DNA of 64,000 nt from an uncultured Verrucomicrobiae bacterium (lineage in GTDB: Bacteria; Verrucomicrobiota; Verrucomicrobiia; Chthoniobacterales; JAATET01), in assembly GCA_963719495.1 (NCBI GenBank), contig CAVRCI010000001.1, forward strand, positions 1 through 64,000, written 5' to 3'. Of the stretch, positions 37,593 to 48,197 are shown in pieces. The notes beneath the pieces are model-generated. The model was not told where the DNA came from. It searched no databases and saw only the letters and a list, made by a program, of their open reading frames with translations. The translations under genes and the position numbers were made by a program. How positions within the stretch are numbered: the first letter of the stretch is position 1; each line of letters opens with the position of its first letter.

Positions 37593-38111
37593 CTACGACA
37601 TTGGCCCGACCAAACCTGCCGAGGTATAGACCAAGTCTTGGATAGCCTGGCTTTGGGCAGCGCTGCCTCCACGAGAGAGATTGACTTGGACCAGCCGATC
37701 CGCGATCGGACGAATCACAGCCGGCGTTTTCTCGCTGTTCGGGAGCTTGCGGATGACAAGTCTCACAAATCGGTTGAACGAGCGATCAAGCTCCCCGTTT
37801 GCCCCAATGAACCCTCGGGCCGTGCCTTTCAAAATCGTGAGAGCCGTCTGGCCGCGGAGATTGTTCCGAACCAGCTTCTTGAGGCTCCGATTACCGATGC
37901 GGGCAAATGCCACGACTTTGTTCGCATCCCGACGAACGAATTTCTTAATCGTGCGGGAAATCACCTTGGCGGCAGCGCCGTTCTTCTTGTTACCAAGCTT
38001 CTGGTCGAGCTCGTCTTTGAACAGACGGACGGAGCTTTGCGCGGAAGCGGATTGAGCGATCACGGAGACCGTGACTGCGCCGACGGCGAGGAGTTTGTGG
38101 AATTGGGTCAT
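37593..38111 (-). CDS. Hypothetical basic secreted protein
   Basis: MTQFHKLLAVGAVTVSVIAQSASA signal peptide; Lys/Arg-rich helical body. Confidence 0.7.
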   Translation of the reverse strand: MTQFHKLLAVGAVTVSVIAQSASAQSSVRLFKDELDQKLGNKKNGAAAKVISRTIKKFVRRDANKVVAFARIGNRSLKKLVRNNLRGQTALTILKGTARGFIGANGELDRSFNRFVRLVIRKLPNSEKTPAVIRPIADRLVQVNLSRGGSAAQSQAIQDLVYTSAGLVGPMS

Positions 38112-38218
38112 GGCTTTGTTTAAGGTTTGAAAGAAAGTGCGCTGGATTGCGCGGGATGGCAATAAAAAATTCGTTTGCGACAAGATCGTCACATTGGACT
38201 GGGCAACGGCGATCCCGC

Positions 38219-39157
38219 TCAGGAGTAAACGCTTAACATGTTCTGGCTCAGCTTGATATCCAACGGCCATTCATCGAAAGGGACTCCATCCAGGTGAATT
38301 CGAACGGCTCGTTTGCCCCCGATTTTGATTTTTTTTACCCGCAGCTGAAGACTTTTCGGTGAATAAACCCGCCGTCCACTGCTGATGGACAGGAAATGCC
38401 ACCAGAGCTCGAGGCGACTGAACCGCTTGAAAACACTGACGGTCAGCAAGCCATCGTCGATGCGCGCTTCGGGGGCCACGGCGAAGTTCATCCCGTAGTA
38501 GGGCCCGTTCGAAACGGTCAGCATGAGGGCGCGCAGTCGGATGGTTGTCCGGTCCAAACGCCGGAGCTGGCGGATCCGCGACCGCCGCGTTGTCGCGGTT
38601 CCTTCGACGAGGGCTTCGGACACGGGGCGATCCAACTCGAGTTCGAAACTCTGCCGGGGATACCGGAAGGCTTTCCGGAACAGTTCGAGCCATTTCGAAA
38701 ACGCCCCCGACTTGATCTCTTCTCCCAAAGGGAACACCTCGGCTCCAAGTCCCGCGCCCGCACATTCGAAAAATGGTTTTCCATTGGCGAAGCCGACGTC
38801 GACTTTGCGCAGCCGGTTTCGTCCGATCAATTCGCACGCCGCCGGAATTTCCTTTGGAAGACCCAGACTGAGGGCGAAGTTATTGTAGGTCCCTACGGGG
38901 ATGATCCCGAAGGGCGTGCCTGAGCCGATCAACTCCCGGGCGACGGCACCGACGGACCCGTCGCCACCCGCCACGATCAAGAACGGAGCGCCCTCGTCGA
39001 GGGCCGCCCGAGCTGCCGTGGTCGGATCATTTTCCTCGCCGATCTCACGAACATCGACCTTCACGCCGACGTTGAGAAGTTGCGCAACCAGCCCGTCGGG
39101 GCCGGACTCCGAGGCGGTCCCCGCTTTTGGATTGTAAAGTAGAACTCCTCGACGCAT
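38219..39157 (-). CDS. Diacylglycerol/lipid kinase family protein (YegS/BmrU-like)
   Basis: NPKAG, AGGDGS, IPVGTYNNFA, NGPYYG, DDGLL. Confidence 0.9.
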   Translation of the reverse strand: MRRGVLLYNPKAGTASESGPDGLVAQLLNVGVKVDVREIGEENDPTTAARAALDEGAPFLIVAGGDGSVGAVARELIGSGTPFGIIPVGTYNNFALSLGLPKEIPAACELIGRNRLRKVDVGFANGKPFFECAGAGLGAEVFPLGEEIKSGAFSKWLELFRKAFRYPRQSFELELDRPVSEALVEGTATTRRSRIRQLRRLDRTTIRLRALMLTVSNGPYYGMNFAVAPEARIDDGLLTVSVFKRFSRLELWWHFLSISSGRRVYSPKSLQLRVKKIKIGGKRAVRIHLDGVPFDEWPLDIKLSQNMLSVYS

Positions 39158-39220
39158 TCCCCCGCCTACGCTGGCCCGGCGGGATCTGAAAGCGAATTCG
39201 GTCGGGCCGCCCGCGCGATC

Positions 39221-40564
39221 CTACTCGTCGGTCGGAACCCCGAGTCGATCGTGCAGCGACGCGCTCAACCGGGAGCGCAGGCCTTCGTGATCGATTCGAC
39301 CGAGCAGATCATCGAAGAATCCGGCCAGAATCAGGCGTCGACCCAGCCGTTCGGGAATCCCGCGCGCCTGCATGTAGAAGACCTCGTCTTCGTTGATCTG
39401 TCCGGAGGTCGCTCCGTGTGAACACCGAACTTCGTCGGCGAGGATCTCCAGACCAGGCATCGAATTTGCCTCGGCTTCGTCGCTTAAGAGAAGGTTGCGC
39501 ACCTTCTGGTAAGCGTCCGTGCCGTGCGCCCGTTCGGCGACTTTGATGAGCCCCGCAAAAATCGTTCGCGCCGAGTCGTCCAAGGAATTGTGATAAAGCA
39601 AATCACTGGTCGCGTTCGGAGCGGAATGATCCTGCAACGTGCGCTGGTCGATCTCCCGGTCACCATCGACCGGATTGATCGCGAGCATCACGCTGCGGGC
39701 GCCCGCTCCGACCATGCGGCTGAGGCTTTCGCCCCGGACGTAGTGTCCACCCAGGTTGAGCGCAAGGGCCGTGGCGGTCGCGTCCCGGTCAACGATGGTC
39801 GAATTGATGTGGAAGGCAACGGTGCTGAGGCTCCAATCCTGCACCGCCACGTATTGGAGATTCGCTCCCGCTCCCGCGTGGAGATCGTTCACCCCGCAGG
39901 CCAACGCCCGCTTGCCGTCCGCTGAAGCGAAACGGTCCACGACGGTCACTTTGCTGTTCGTCCCGCAGATGATGAGCGTGTGCGGAAAGACGCTCGAGTA
40001 CTCGCCCTCGACCCAATGGTGGATCTCGATCGGTTCGGCGACTTCGACGTTGGCCGGGACGTGAACGAGAACTCCGCCGGTCACCATCGCGCGATGCAAT
40101 GCCGCGAGGCGATGCGATCCCAACTCGACCGGCTGAGTCATGAAATACTCCCGCATGAGGCCTTCGTGATCGCGGGCAGCCTCCTCGAGCGGCACCACGA
40201 CGACGCCAGCCGGCAGGCCATCAATCTCGCGATGGAGCAAGCGATTGTTGCCGAAAACGAATTTCGCCGAGAACGTTTCGCCGAGCGTGGAAGCGTTGAT
40301 CAAGCGACCTTCGCTCCCGACCTCGGAAGCGGTGACAAAACCATCCAGCTTCGCGGAAGCGATCGAAGCAAATCGCCAGGCTTCGTCCGTGCGATTTGGC
40401 GGAGCCGTGGCTAGAAAATCCTTCCAAGCGGCGCGCTGCGTCGCCTGAAACCACTCGGGATACCGCTCGCAAGCCGCGAATCCTTCCGACCCACTGCCAC
40501 CCGCAATCTCCCGACCGGATGTCGCCGCGGTTGCCGCCATCTCCTCTTCCAATACTCCGCTCAT
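39221..40564 (-). CDS. sufD: Fe-S cluster assembly protein SufD
   Basis: EAWRF, NLLLSDEAEANSMPGLEILADEVRCSHGAT, FYMQARGI. Confidence 0.93.
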   Translation of the reverse strand: MSGVLEEEMAATAATSGREIAGGSGSEGFAACERYPEWFQATQRAAWKDFLATAPPNRTDEAWRFASIASAKLDGFVTASEVGSEGRLINASTLGETFSAKFVFGNNRLLHREIDGLPAGVVVVPLEEAARDHEGLMREYFMTQPVELGSHRLAALHRAMVTGGVLVHVPANVEVAEPIEIHHWVEGEYSSVFPHTLIICGTNSKVTVVDRFASADGKRALACGVNDLHAGAGANLQYVAVQDWSLSTVAFHINSTIVDRDATATALALNLGGHYVRGESLSRMVGAGARSVMLAINPVDGDREIDQRTLQDHSAPNATSDLLYHNSLDDSARTIFAGLIKVAERAHGTDAYQKVRNLLLSDEAEANSMPGLEILADEVRCSHGATSGQINEDEVFYMQARGIPERLGRRLILAGFFDDLLGRIDHEGLRSRLSASLHDRLGVPTDE

Positions 40565-40590
40565 ATGATTCTACGAATTCCCCCGAAGGC

Positions 40591-42006
40591 TTATCCAACC
40601 GACCCTTCCATCTCGAGGTCGATCAACCGCTTCAGCTCGACGCTGTATTCCATCGGGAACTGCCGGACGAGGTCATTGACGAATCCATTCACCGCGAGGC
40701 TCATCGCCTGCGCTTCGGTAAGACCGCGCTGCTGCATGTAGAAGATCTGCTCGGAGCTGATCTGACTCACGCTGGCCTCGTGCTGGCAGGCGTTCTGCTG
40801 ACCGCGAGCCACGATGGCGGGATACGTGTCGGTGCGGCTCTTCGAATTGATGAGCAACGCGTCGCACTCGGTGTTGTTCTTGCAACCCTTGAGGTGCTTC
40901 GGCAGGTGAACCATGCCGCGATAGGTCGCGCGGCCTTTACCGACGCTGATCGATTTCGAGACGATGTTCGACGTCGTGTCGTCGGCGGCGTGGACCATTT
41001 TCGCTCCGGTGTCCTGGTGCTGGCCGTCGCCGGCGAGCGCGATGCTGATCACTTCGCCGCGGGCGCGTTTGCCCTTCATCACAACGCCGGGGTATTTCAT
41101 GGTCAGGCGTGAGCCGATGTTGCAATCGATCCACTTGACCTCGGCGTCCTCGTGGGCAATTCCGCGCTTGGTCACGAGATTGAAGACGTTCGAACTCCAG
41201 TTCTGAACCGTGACGTATTGGATCTTCGCGCCCTTGAGCGCGACCAACTCGACGACGGCGCTGTGCAGCGTGGCGGTCTCGAACTTCGGAGCCGTGCAGC
41301 CTTCCATATACATGACCTCACTGCCCTCGTCGGCGATGATGAGGGTGCGCTCGAATTGGCCGAAGCTCTGCGCGTTGATTCGGAAGTAGGCCTGTAGCGG
41401 ATGCTTCACCTTCACGCCGGGCGGCACGTAGATGAAAGAACCGCCGCTGAAGACGGCGCTATTCAGCGCGCTGAACTTGTTGTCACCGGTCGGAATCACC
41501 TTCCCGAACCACTTGCGGAAAATCTCCGGGTGTTTGTGCAAACCCTCGGTGCTCCCGACAAAAATCACGCCCTGCTCGCCGACCGCGGCCTTGATGTTCG
41601 AATAAGCCGCTTCGCTGTCGAACTGCGCTTCGACACCAGCGAGAAACTTCCGCTCCTGCTCGGGGATACCCAGCCGCTCGAAAGTCTGCTTCATCTCCTC
41701 GGGCACGTCGTCCCAGGTCCGGCTCGGCACCTGACCCTGCGACAGGTAGTAGCGGATCTTCTCGAAGATGATGTTCTCCAGGTCCTTCGAGGCCCAGTGC
41801 GTCGGCATCGGCTTCTCGAGGAACTTTTTGTACGCGTTCAGCCGGAACTCGCGGATCCACTCCGGATCCTTCTTCACGTCGGCGATGTATTTGACGGTAT
41901 CCTCCGACAGCCCCACGCCCGCATCGTAGGCGTAGTCCATGTCGTAGCTAAAATTTCCGATGTCCTGGTTGACGTCGAAGTCGGGTTTAGTTTCCACAGC
42001 AGTCAT
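40591..42006 (-). CDS. sufB: Fe-S cluster assembly protein SufB
   Basis: [43 protein letters not shown]. Confidence 0.96.
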   Translation of the reverse strand: MTAVETKPDFDVNQDIGNFSYDMDYAYDAGVGLSEDTVKYIADVKKDPEWIREFRLNAYKKFLEKPMPTHWASKDLENIIFEKIRYYLSQGQVPSRTWDDVPEEMKQTFERLGIPEQERKFLAGVEAQFDSEAAYSNIKAAVGEQGVIFVGSTEGLHKHPEIFRKWFGKVIPTGDNKFSALNSAVFSGGSFIYVPPGVKVKHPLQAYFRINAQSFGQFERTLIIADEGSEVMYMEGCTAPKFETATLHSAVVELVALKGAKIQYVTVQNWSSNVFNLVTKRGIAHEDAEVKWIDCNIGSRLTMKYPGVVMKGKRARGEVISIALAGDGQHQDTGAKMVHAADDTTSNIVSKSISVGKGRATYRGMVHLPKHLKGCKNNTECDALLINSKSRTDTYPAIVARGQQNACQHEASVSQISSEQIFYMQQRGLTEAQAMSLAVNGFVNDLVRQFPMEYSVELKRLIDLEMEGSVG

Positions 42007-42033
42007 AATATTTATTTCCTCTTTGATTGGGAC

Positions 42034-42792
42034 TTAGGCAGCCGCGGCGTCGGCGGTCACCCAGTCGTAACCCTCGGCTTCCAGTTTGAGCGCGAGATCC
42101 TTGTCGTCGCTCAGCACGATTCGACCGTCGACCATCACGTGGACGCGGTCCGGCACGATGTAGTTGAGCAAGCGCTGGTAATGGGTGATCACGAGCATGC
42201 CGCAATTTGGTCCACGCAGTGCGTTCACACCGTCCGAAACGATCTTCAGCGCGTCGATGTCGAGTCCGGAATCCGTCTCGTCAAGCACCGCATACTTCGG
42301 CTCGAGCATCGCCATCTGGAGGATTTCGCACCGCTTTTTCTCACCACCGGAGAATCCCTCGTTCACCGAACGCGAGGTGAAGGCGCGCGGGATGAGCAGC
42401 GCGTCCATTTTCTCGTAGAGTTTCCCGTAATAATCGGTCGCCTCGAGCTCCTCGCCCTCGGGCAAACGCGACTGAACGGCCGCGCGAATGAAATTCGCAA
42501 TCGTCACACCCGGAATCTCGTTCGGGTATTGAAACGCCAAAAACAATCCTGCCCGCGCTCGCGCGTCCGGCTCTTCCATTTCCAGGATATTTTCGCCGTC
42601 CATGTACACGGCCCCTTCGGTCACCGTGTAGTCGGGATGCCCCGCCATCACTTTCGCAAGAGTGCTCTTCCCACTGCCGTTCTTGCCCATGATCGCGTGA
42701 ACCTCACCCTTCGGAATCTCGAGATTAAGACCTTTGAGGATGGGGATGTCACCGATGGTGGCGTGGAGATTTTCGATTTTTAGACTGCTCAT
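42034..42792 (-). CDS. sufC: Fe-S cluster assembly ATPase SufC
   Basis: [49 protein letters not shown]. Confidence 0.96.
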   Translation of the reverse strand: MSSLKIENLHATIGDIPILKGLNLEIPKGEVHAIMGKNGSGKSTLAKVMAGHPDYTVTEGAVYMDGENILEMEEPDARARAGLFLAFQYPNEIPGVTIANFIRAAVQSRLPEGEELEATDYYGKLYEKMDALLIPRAFTSRSVNEGFSGGEKKRCEILQMAMLEPKYAVLDETDSGLDIDALKIVSDGVNALRGPNCGMLVITHYQRLLNYIVPDRVHVMVDGRIVLSDDKDLALKLEAEGYDWVTADAAAA

Positions 42793-42804
42793 ATAAAAAA
42801 TTGG

Positions 42805-43233
42805 TTACTTGGAATTGCAGGGTGCGCAGACGCCTCGGAGCGACACTTCGTGCGCGGTGACCGTGAAGCCATTCGGCAGATCCCAGGTCCGCCCGACCGT
42901 CCGTCCGGACACCAGGTCGACGTCGAAAACGGTGTGGCATTTATCGCAAACGAAATGGCCATGCTCCTCGAGATTCGGACAAAACCGCGTGGGCTCCCGG
43001 TCGACGTGCACCTGCTTGACGAGACCGCACCCCACGAGCGTCTCGAGCGAGTTGTAAACCGTCGCCAGCGAGATCGTCGGCATCCCCTCCTTCGCCCGCA
43101 TGAACACCTCCGTCGCCGTCGGGTGATCGCGCTTGCTCAGGAGCAAATCATACACGTGTCGCCGCTGCGGCGTGTCGCGCAAACCCACGTTTCCGATGGT
43201 TTGGGCGTAGCGGGTATCGACTGCGAGCTTCAC
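42805..43233 (-). CDS. Fur-family (PerR-like) regulator heading the suf operon
   Basis: TPQR, HPTA, ISLATVYNSL, HGHFVCDKC, GVCAPC. Confidence 0.9.
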   Translation of the reverse strand: MKLAVDTRYAQTIGNVGLRDTPQRRHVYDLLLSKRDHPTATEVFMRAKEGMPTISLATVYNSLETLVGCGLVKQVHVDREPTRFCPNLEEHGHFVCDKCHTVFDVDLVSGRTVGRTWDLPNGFTVTAHEVSLRGVCAPCNSK

Positions 43234-43264
43234 GACAGAAACCTGCCACAGGCGCGAATTGGAT

Positions 43265-43279
43265 CAAGAACTATTCTAA
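43265..43279 (-). promoter_or_regulatory. Candidate PerR/Fur-type operator
   Basis: TTAGAATAGTTCTTG on the minus strand, imperfect 7-1-7 dyad in an AT-rich patch ~30 bp upstream of the Fur-family gene. Confidence 0.4.
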
Positions 43280-43349
43280 ATAACAGAGTCGAAAGGTCGG
43301 AATGTCGAAAGGTCCAGAGACTAAACGCCCCAGCGATTCAAATCCGGCT

Positions 43350-43397
43350 TTCCGACCTTCCGACCTTCCGACCTTCCGACCTTCCGACCTTCAGACC
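43350..43397. repeat. Octamer tandem repeat (ttccgacc)x5-6
   Basis: Directly visible; complementary units aaggtcggaa just upstream at ~43292-43315. Confidence 0.85.
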
Positions 43398-43398
43398 C

Positions 43399-45114
43399 TC
43401 ACTTGAACACCGCGTCCACGCCCATCGCGCTTTTCCGCATGAACTCCGGCATCGCCCGCTGGTGCCGCACCCGGAAGAGCCAGTAGATCCACGCCAGCAC
43501 CCGCAGCGTGAACAGCCGGTCGAACACCGTCCGATACTCCGGCCGGTTCCGGATCACCAACCGCGACACCCACGCGATCGTCCGCCGCTTCACGTGCGTC
43601 GGCTGGAACGACGTCTTCACCCGATAGCGGTGACGCACCTTCCGTGGCCATCGCTTTTTGTAGGCGCGCTTCGTCGCCTCGATTTCATCCGCCAGCTCGG
43701 GCTCGAAGGGCAGCAAGTAATATCGCCGCGCCAGCAGCAGAATCCGGAACGTGTCCCGCATGAACCGAATGTCCTCCACCGGCAGCCCCGCCTCCTCCGC
43801 GGCAGCCTCCATCCGCTCGAAATTTCCAAACGCCGCCTCGCCCTCCCGGATCGCCCGCTCCGGATCGTGCACGAAGTGCGCGAGCACCTTCCTCGCCGCG
43901 TCGTTCACGAAGATCGTGTCCCAGTAAACCTGTAGCAGCGGCGGGATCCGCACTCTCCGGAAATACAGCCGCTGACGCGCGTATTCCTGCACGTAGAGCA
44001 ACTCCCGCACGACCTCGTCCGACCGCCGCAGCAGCTCCAAAGCCGCCCCCGCCCGTTCCGGCCCGACGAACCGCTCGACGATCGCCTCGACCGACCGCCC
44101 CTCCTTCACCACCCCGATCGCCGCCGCCACGTTCAGCTCGATCCACACCGCGTCGTCGTCCAGAAACGCCAGCCGCCGGAACCCGTGCCAACCCCCGGTC
44201 TGGCACCACACCGAAAGCCCGATCACCCCCGAAGCCGCCGCCAATTCCTTCGCGTAATGCTCGCATTCCCACCCGATGAACGACGGATACTCCCCCGCGC
44301 CCTCGTATTCCCGCCGCGCCTGGAACTCGATGATCTTTGGCAAATCGATCCGGAAAAACTGCCGGTTGAGCGAAAGGTAACGGAAGAAATCCGACTCCCC
44401 GTATTTCATCGAAACCACGAACGCCTTCGAGTCGATCCCTTCCACCGCCTGCGACAACCTCAGCGGATTCCAAATGAGATCCCCAATGAGATGCGCCCCC
44501 ACCGTCCACGTCCGCAGAATGAGCCGCCGCCCCGCCGCCTCGAAGACCGGCAGCACGTCCCGCAACAGACGGTTCACCGCCGGTGCCGACCGCAGCATCA
44601 GCCGACTCCGCAGCCGCCCCTCGACGTCCACCCCATCGCTCTCCCCAATCCGCAGAATCACCCCATCCACCTCCGGAAAATCCGCCAGAAACCGCCCCAT
44701 CAGCGTCGCATACCACTCCCGAGCCGCACTCTGCGACCGCCCCAGCCGCGCGTCCACCGCCGCCGTCGTCGTCAGATAATCCGACGTCAGATAAATCCCC
44801 AGCCCCAGCTCTTTCAGGTCAGAAAACAGGACGCGAAACCGCTCGCGCATCCCCGCGATCTCCCCCCGCACTTCGTCCTCATACCACTCGTGATCCGCCA
44901 GGTGCGCCACGTCGTCGAGCGTCACCGCCGTGAATCCCATCGCCCGCACCCTCCGCCCAAAGACGCCCACCTCCTCGCGAATCGCCGCCCACTGCGCGTC
45001 CGCCTCCGCCCCGCTCATCGCCAGATGATCGAACGGGATCTTCGACCAATTGATCCGCCGCTTCCGGTAACCCCGAAAAAACGGCCCAATCGCATCGATG
45101 AGCGCTAACTCCAT
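43399..45114 (-). CDS. Conserved hypothetical protein (possible glycoside-hydrolase-like barrel)
   Basis: Long ORF with LRIGESDG, LRTWTVG, KYGESDFF, EFQARREYEGAG, WCQTGGW. Confidence 0.7.
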   Translation of the reverse strand: MELALIDAIGPFFRGYRKRRINWSKIPFDHLAMSGAEADAQWAAIREEVGVFGRRVRAMGFTAVTLDDVAHLADHEWYEDEVRGEIAGMRERFRVLFSDLKELGLGIYLTSDYLTTTAAVDARLGRSQSAAREWYATLMGRFLADFPEVDGVILRIGESDGVDVEGRLRSRLMLRSAPAVNRLLRDVLPVFEAAGRRLILRTWTVGAHLIGDLIWNPLRLSQAVEGIDSKAFVVSMKYGESDFFRYLSLNRQFFRIDLPKIIEFQARREYEGAGEYPSFIGWECEHYAKELAAASGVIGLSVWCQTGGWHGFRRLAFLDDDAVWIELNVAAAIGVVKEGRSVEAIVERFVGPERAGAALELLRRSDEVVRELLYVQEYARQRLYFRRVRIPPLLQVYWDTIFVNDAARKVLAHFVHDPERAIREGEAAFGNFERMEAAAEEAGLPVEDIRFMRDTFRILLLARRYYLLPFEPELADEIEATKRAYKKRWPRKVRHRYRVKTSFQPTHVKRRTIAWVSRLVIRNRPEYRTVFDRLFTLRVLAWIYWLFRVRHQRAMPEFMRKSAMGVDAVFK

Positions 45115-45348
45115 GGAACGCGGGAAAAATTCACCATCGAGCGCATGAAGAGCACATCGACCGAAAATTCTCAACCCCGCGAATGTGCCGATTCCGACCC
45201 AACGCTCACCGATCAAGGAGCGGCGATTTGCAATCGCCGAACCCTAAAAGCTCTTCAAACCGACACCTCATCCACTCCACCCGCGCCAGAAATCACCCGC
45301 CCGACGACCAACCTAGCCACCACCACCGATTGTCCCTAAACTCTTCCC

Positions 45349-45771
45349 ATGAAACTTATCGCGCCGCTCCTCGCCATCGCCATCTCCGCCACCCTCGCGT
45401 CCTGCACCTCTGGCGGCGGAGGCCTCGGCGGACTCGGGGTCCCCGGCTTCGGCGAATCCCGCTCGACCCGGCAATATTACGACGACCGCAACGACCGCCG
45501 CCGCGACGATGATTACTACGACGACCGCCGCGACGACCGAGAGGACCGACGCGACGACTACGAAGACCAGCGCCGCCAGGAGGAAGCCGACCGCCAACGC
45601 GAACAGGACCAACGCGCCCGCAATCTGAACCAACGCTCACAGAATCAACGCGAGACCGCCGAAGAGCAGCAGCGCATCGCCGACCAGCAGCGCGAACGTT
45701 CCGAGAACCTCCGAGATCGCCGCCAGGAACTCAAAAAAGACAAGAAGAAGGACAAAAAGAAAACCAACTAA
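45349..45771 (+). CDS. Low-complexity charged lipoprotein
   Basis: Lipobox LASC, D/R/Q-rich body. Confidence 0.7.
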   Translation: MKLIAPLLAIAISATLASCTSGGGGLGGLGVPGFGESRSTRQYYDDRNDRRRDDDYYDDRRDDREDRRDDYEDQRRQEEADRQREQDQRARNLNQRSQNQRETAEEQQRIADQQRERSENLRDRRQELKKDKKKDKKKTN

Positions 45772-45826
45772 CCCACTATTTCAAGGAGCGGAGGCTTCCA
45801 GCCGCCGAAGTTCCCCGACTCGAACC

Positions 45827-47098
45827 ATGCACCCAAAACTCCCCGCCCTCCTCCTCGCCGCCGCCGCCACGTCCGCCCTCGCCCTCCCCGGTCAGGGCCC
45901 CGCTGGCGACTACACCTCCGCCAAGCCTGGCCAAGAATACCGCATCACCGCCGACTCCCTCCCCCAGCCGTTCGCGACGGAATCCGTTCGCAACAAAAGC
46001 GAAACCGTCGACCGCCCCGACGGCGCGATGCCCGAAGTCCCCGCCGACTTCCAAATCGAAGAATGGGTCGCCGACGGCCTCGACAACCCGCGTTACCTCC
46101 TCACCGCGCCCAACGGCGATATCTTCGTCACCGAGAGCAAACCGGGCCGCATCCGCGTCCTCCGCGACACCACCGGCGACGGCAAACCCGACGTCAACAC
46201 CGTCTTTGCCAAAGGCCTCGACCGCCCCTTCGGCCTCGCCTTCCACCCCGCCGATAATCCGGAATACCTCTACGTCGCCAACACCGGCGACGTCGTCCGG
46301 TTCCCCTACGCCGACGGCGACACCAAGGCGTCCGGCAAACCCGAGACCATCACCGAACTCTCCGAAGGCGGCCACCTCACCGGAGGCGGCCATTGGACCC
46401 GCGACATCTGTTTTTCGAAAGATGGCGGTAAACTCTTCGTCTCCGTCGGCTCGAAGACCAACGTCGACGAGGAAGACCTCGACATCGAAGAACACCGCGC
46501 CCGCATCTTCGTCATGAACCCCGACGGCTCGAAAAAAGGCGTCTACGCCACCGGCATTCGGAATCCCGTCGGCATCGCCGTCGATCCGGTCACCGGCGAC
46601 CTTTGGACCTCCGTCAACGAGCGCGACGGCCTCGGCAACAATCTCGTCCCCGACTACATCACCAGCGTGAAGCCCGGCGCCTTCTACGGCTGGCCGTATT
46701 TCTACATCGGCCCCAACCCCGACCCCCGCCACGAAGACGACCCCCACGCCGACCTCGCCGACACCGTTACCATCCCCGACGTCCTCGTCCAATCCCACTC
46801 CGCCAGCCTCAACCTCGTCTTCTACACCGGCGACCAATTCCCCGCCGAATACCACAACGACATCTTCGCCGCCTTTCACGGTTCGTGGAACCGCGAGCCC
46901 CGCACCGGTTACAAGATCGTCCGCGTCCCGCTGAAAGACGGCAAATCCAACGGCACCTACGAAGACTTCGTCACCGGATTCACCACCGACGAGGGCAAAG
47001 TCTGGGGTCGGCCCGTCGGCCTCACGGTCGCCAAAGATGGGGCCCTCCTCATGAGCGAAGACGCCCACAACACCATCTGGCGCATCACCAAAAAATAG
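45827..47098 (+). CDS. PQQ-dependent sugar/sorbosone dehydrogenase family protein
   Basis: Signal peptide, GHWTR, GIRNPVG, VNERDGLG, FYGWP, HGSWNR, GRPVG. Confidence 0.9.
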   Translation: MHPKLPALLLAAAATSALALPGQGPAGDYTSAKPGQEYRITADSLPQPFATESVRNKSETVDRPDGAMPEVPADFQIEEWVADGLDNPRYLLTAPNGDIFVTESKPGRIRVLRDTTGDGKPDVNTVFAKGLDRPFGLAFHPADNPEYLYVANTGDVVRFPYADGDTKASGKPETITELSEGGHLTGGGHWTRDICFSKDGGKLFVSVGSKTNVDEEDLDIEEHRARIFVMNPDGSKKGVYATGIRNPVGIAVDPVTGDLWTSVNERDGLGNNLVPDYITSVKPGAFYGWPYFYIGPNPDPRHEDDPHADLADTVTIPDVLVQSHSASLNLVFYTGDQFPAEYHNDIFAAFHGSWNREPRTGYKIVRVPLKDGKSNGTYEDFVTGFTTDEGKVWGRPVGLTVAKDGALLMSEDAHNTIWRITKK

Positions 47099-47174
47099 CT
47101 GGGGAGCGCACGCGTCCCCGCGTGCAAGCCGCGGCGTCTCGCCGCGGCACCCGGCAATGCGAAGCGAGCCGACC

Positions 47175-48197
47175 GTGTCCTACCGCCTAAACGTCACCGC
47201 CCCCCTCGACGACGAGTTCCGCCGCATCGCCCGAGAGCAGCTCGATCGCGCGATCCGCGAACTCCGGGATCTCCCACGAGCCGAGGCGATCCACCAGGCC
47301 CGAAAACGCTGCAAAAAGCTCCGCGCCCTCCTGCGCCTCTTCCGCCCTGTCCTCGGCGAGACCTACGGCAAAGCCAACGCCCACCTTCGCGACGCCGCCG
47401 GTGGAATGTCCGGGCAGCGGGACGCCACCGTCCTCGTCCAGACCCACCGCAACCTCTTCTTCGCCACCCGCGCAAAGATCGCGCGAAAATTTGGCGGCAT
47501 CCACGCCCATCTCGTCCACCGAAGGGACTCCATCACCCGTGGCCGCAAAGGCCCGTCGGCGAAGTCATTCCGCGGCGCGCTCCAAACCATCCGCGACGAC
47601 GTCGATCGCTGGAAACTGGACCCCGATTCCATCGAATCCGTCCTCGCGAGCGAGCGAAAGACCTACACCCGAGGTCGCAAAGCCATGGCCGCCGCCTTCG
47701 ACTCGCTCGACCCGGAAGCCCTCCATGAATGGCGCAAACGGGTCAAATATTACGGCCACCACACCCGTCTCCTTCGCGATCTTTGGCCAACCGTCATGAA
47801 AGCCCAAGCCAGCGAAATCGCCCGCCTCGGCGACATTCTCGGCGACGACCACGACCTCGCCGTCCTCCGCGACACCCTCCAGGCCGACCCCACCTTTGGC
47901 TCAGCCAAAACCCTGCAGCCATTCTTTAAGATCATCGAAGCCCGCCAAACCGAACTTCGCGACACCGCCCAAACCCTCGGCCACCGCGTCCACGCCGAGA
48001 AGCCCAAGCATCACACCAAACGCCTCCGAGCCCTCACCCAAATCGAGGGGAGCGCGGGCTTCCAGCCCGCCGTCGCGGGCATCCTGCCCGAGACTCGTAA
48101 CCAACCCGCCGAAGGCGGCACTTTCCCTCCCCCTACCCGCCCACCAACGAGCGCCCGTCCCCATCCCAATCAACCCCAAAAAACTCACCCACCGTAG
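47175..48197 (+). CDS. CHAD domain protein
   Basis: IHQARKRCKKLRALLRL, LHEWRKRVK, LGDDHDLAVL; C-terminus runs through a REP-like sequence. Confidence 0.88.
   Translation: MSYRLNVTAPLDDEFRRIAREQLDRAIRELRDLPRAEAIHQARKRCKKLRALLRLFRPVLGETYGKANAHLRDAAGGMSGQRDATVLVQTHRNLFFATRAKIARKFGGIHAHLVHRRDSITRGRKGPSAKSFRGALQTIRDDVDRWKLDPDSIESVLASERKTYTRGRKAMAAAFDSLDPEALHEWRKRVKYYGHHTRLLRDLWPTVMKAQASEIARLGDILGDDHDLAVLRDTLQADPTFGSAKTLQPFFKIIEARQTELRDTAQTLGHRVHAEKPKHHTKRLRALTQIEGSAGFQPAVAGILPETRNQPAEGGTFPPPTRPPTSARPHPNQPQKTHPP

Noticed and set aside
35881..39157. Integrase-type genomic island at tRNA-Arg
   Set aside because: No integrase, and I saw no duplicated tRNA 3' end (attR) in the window.
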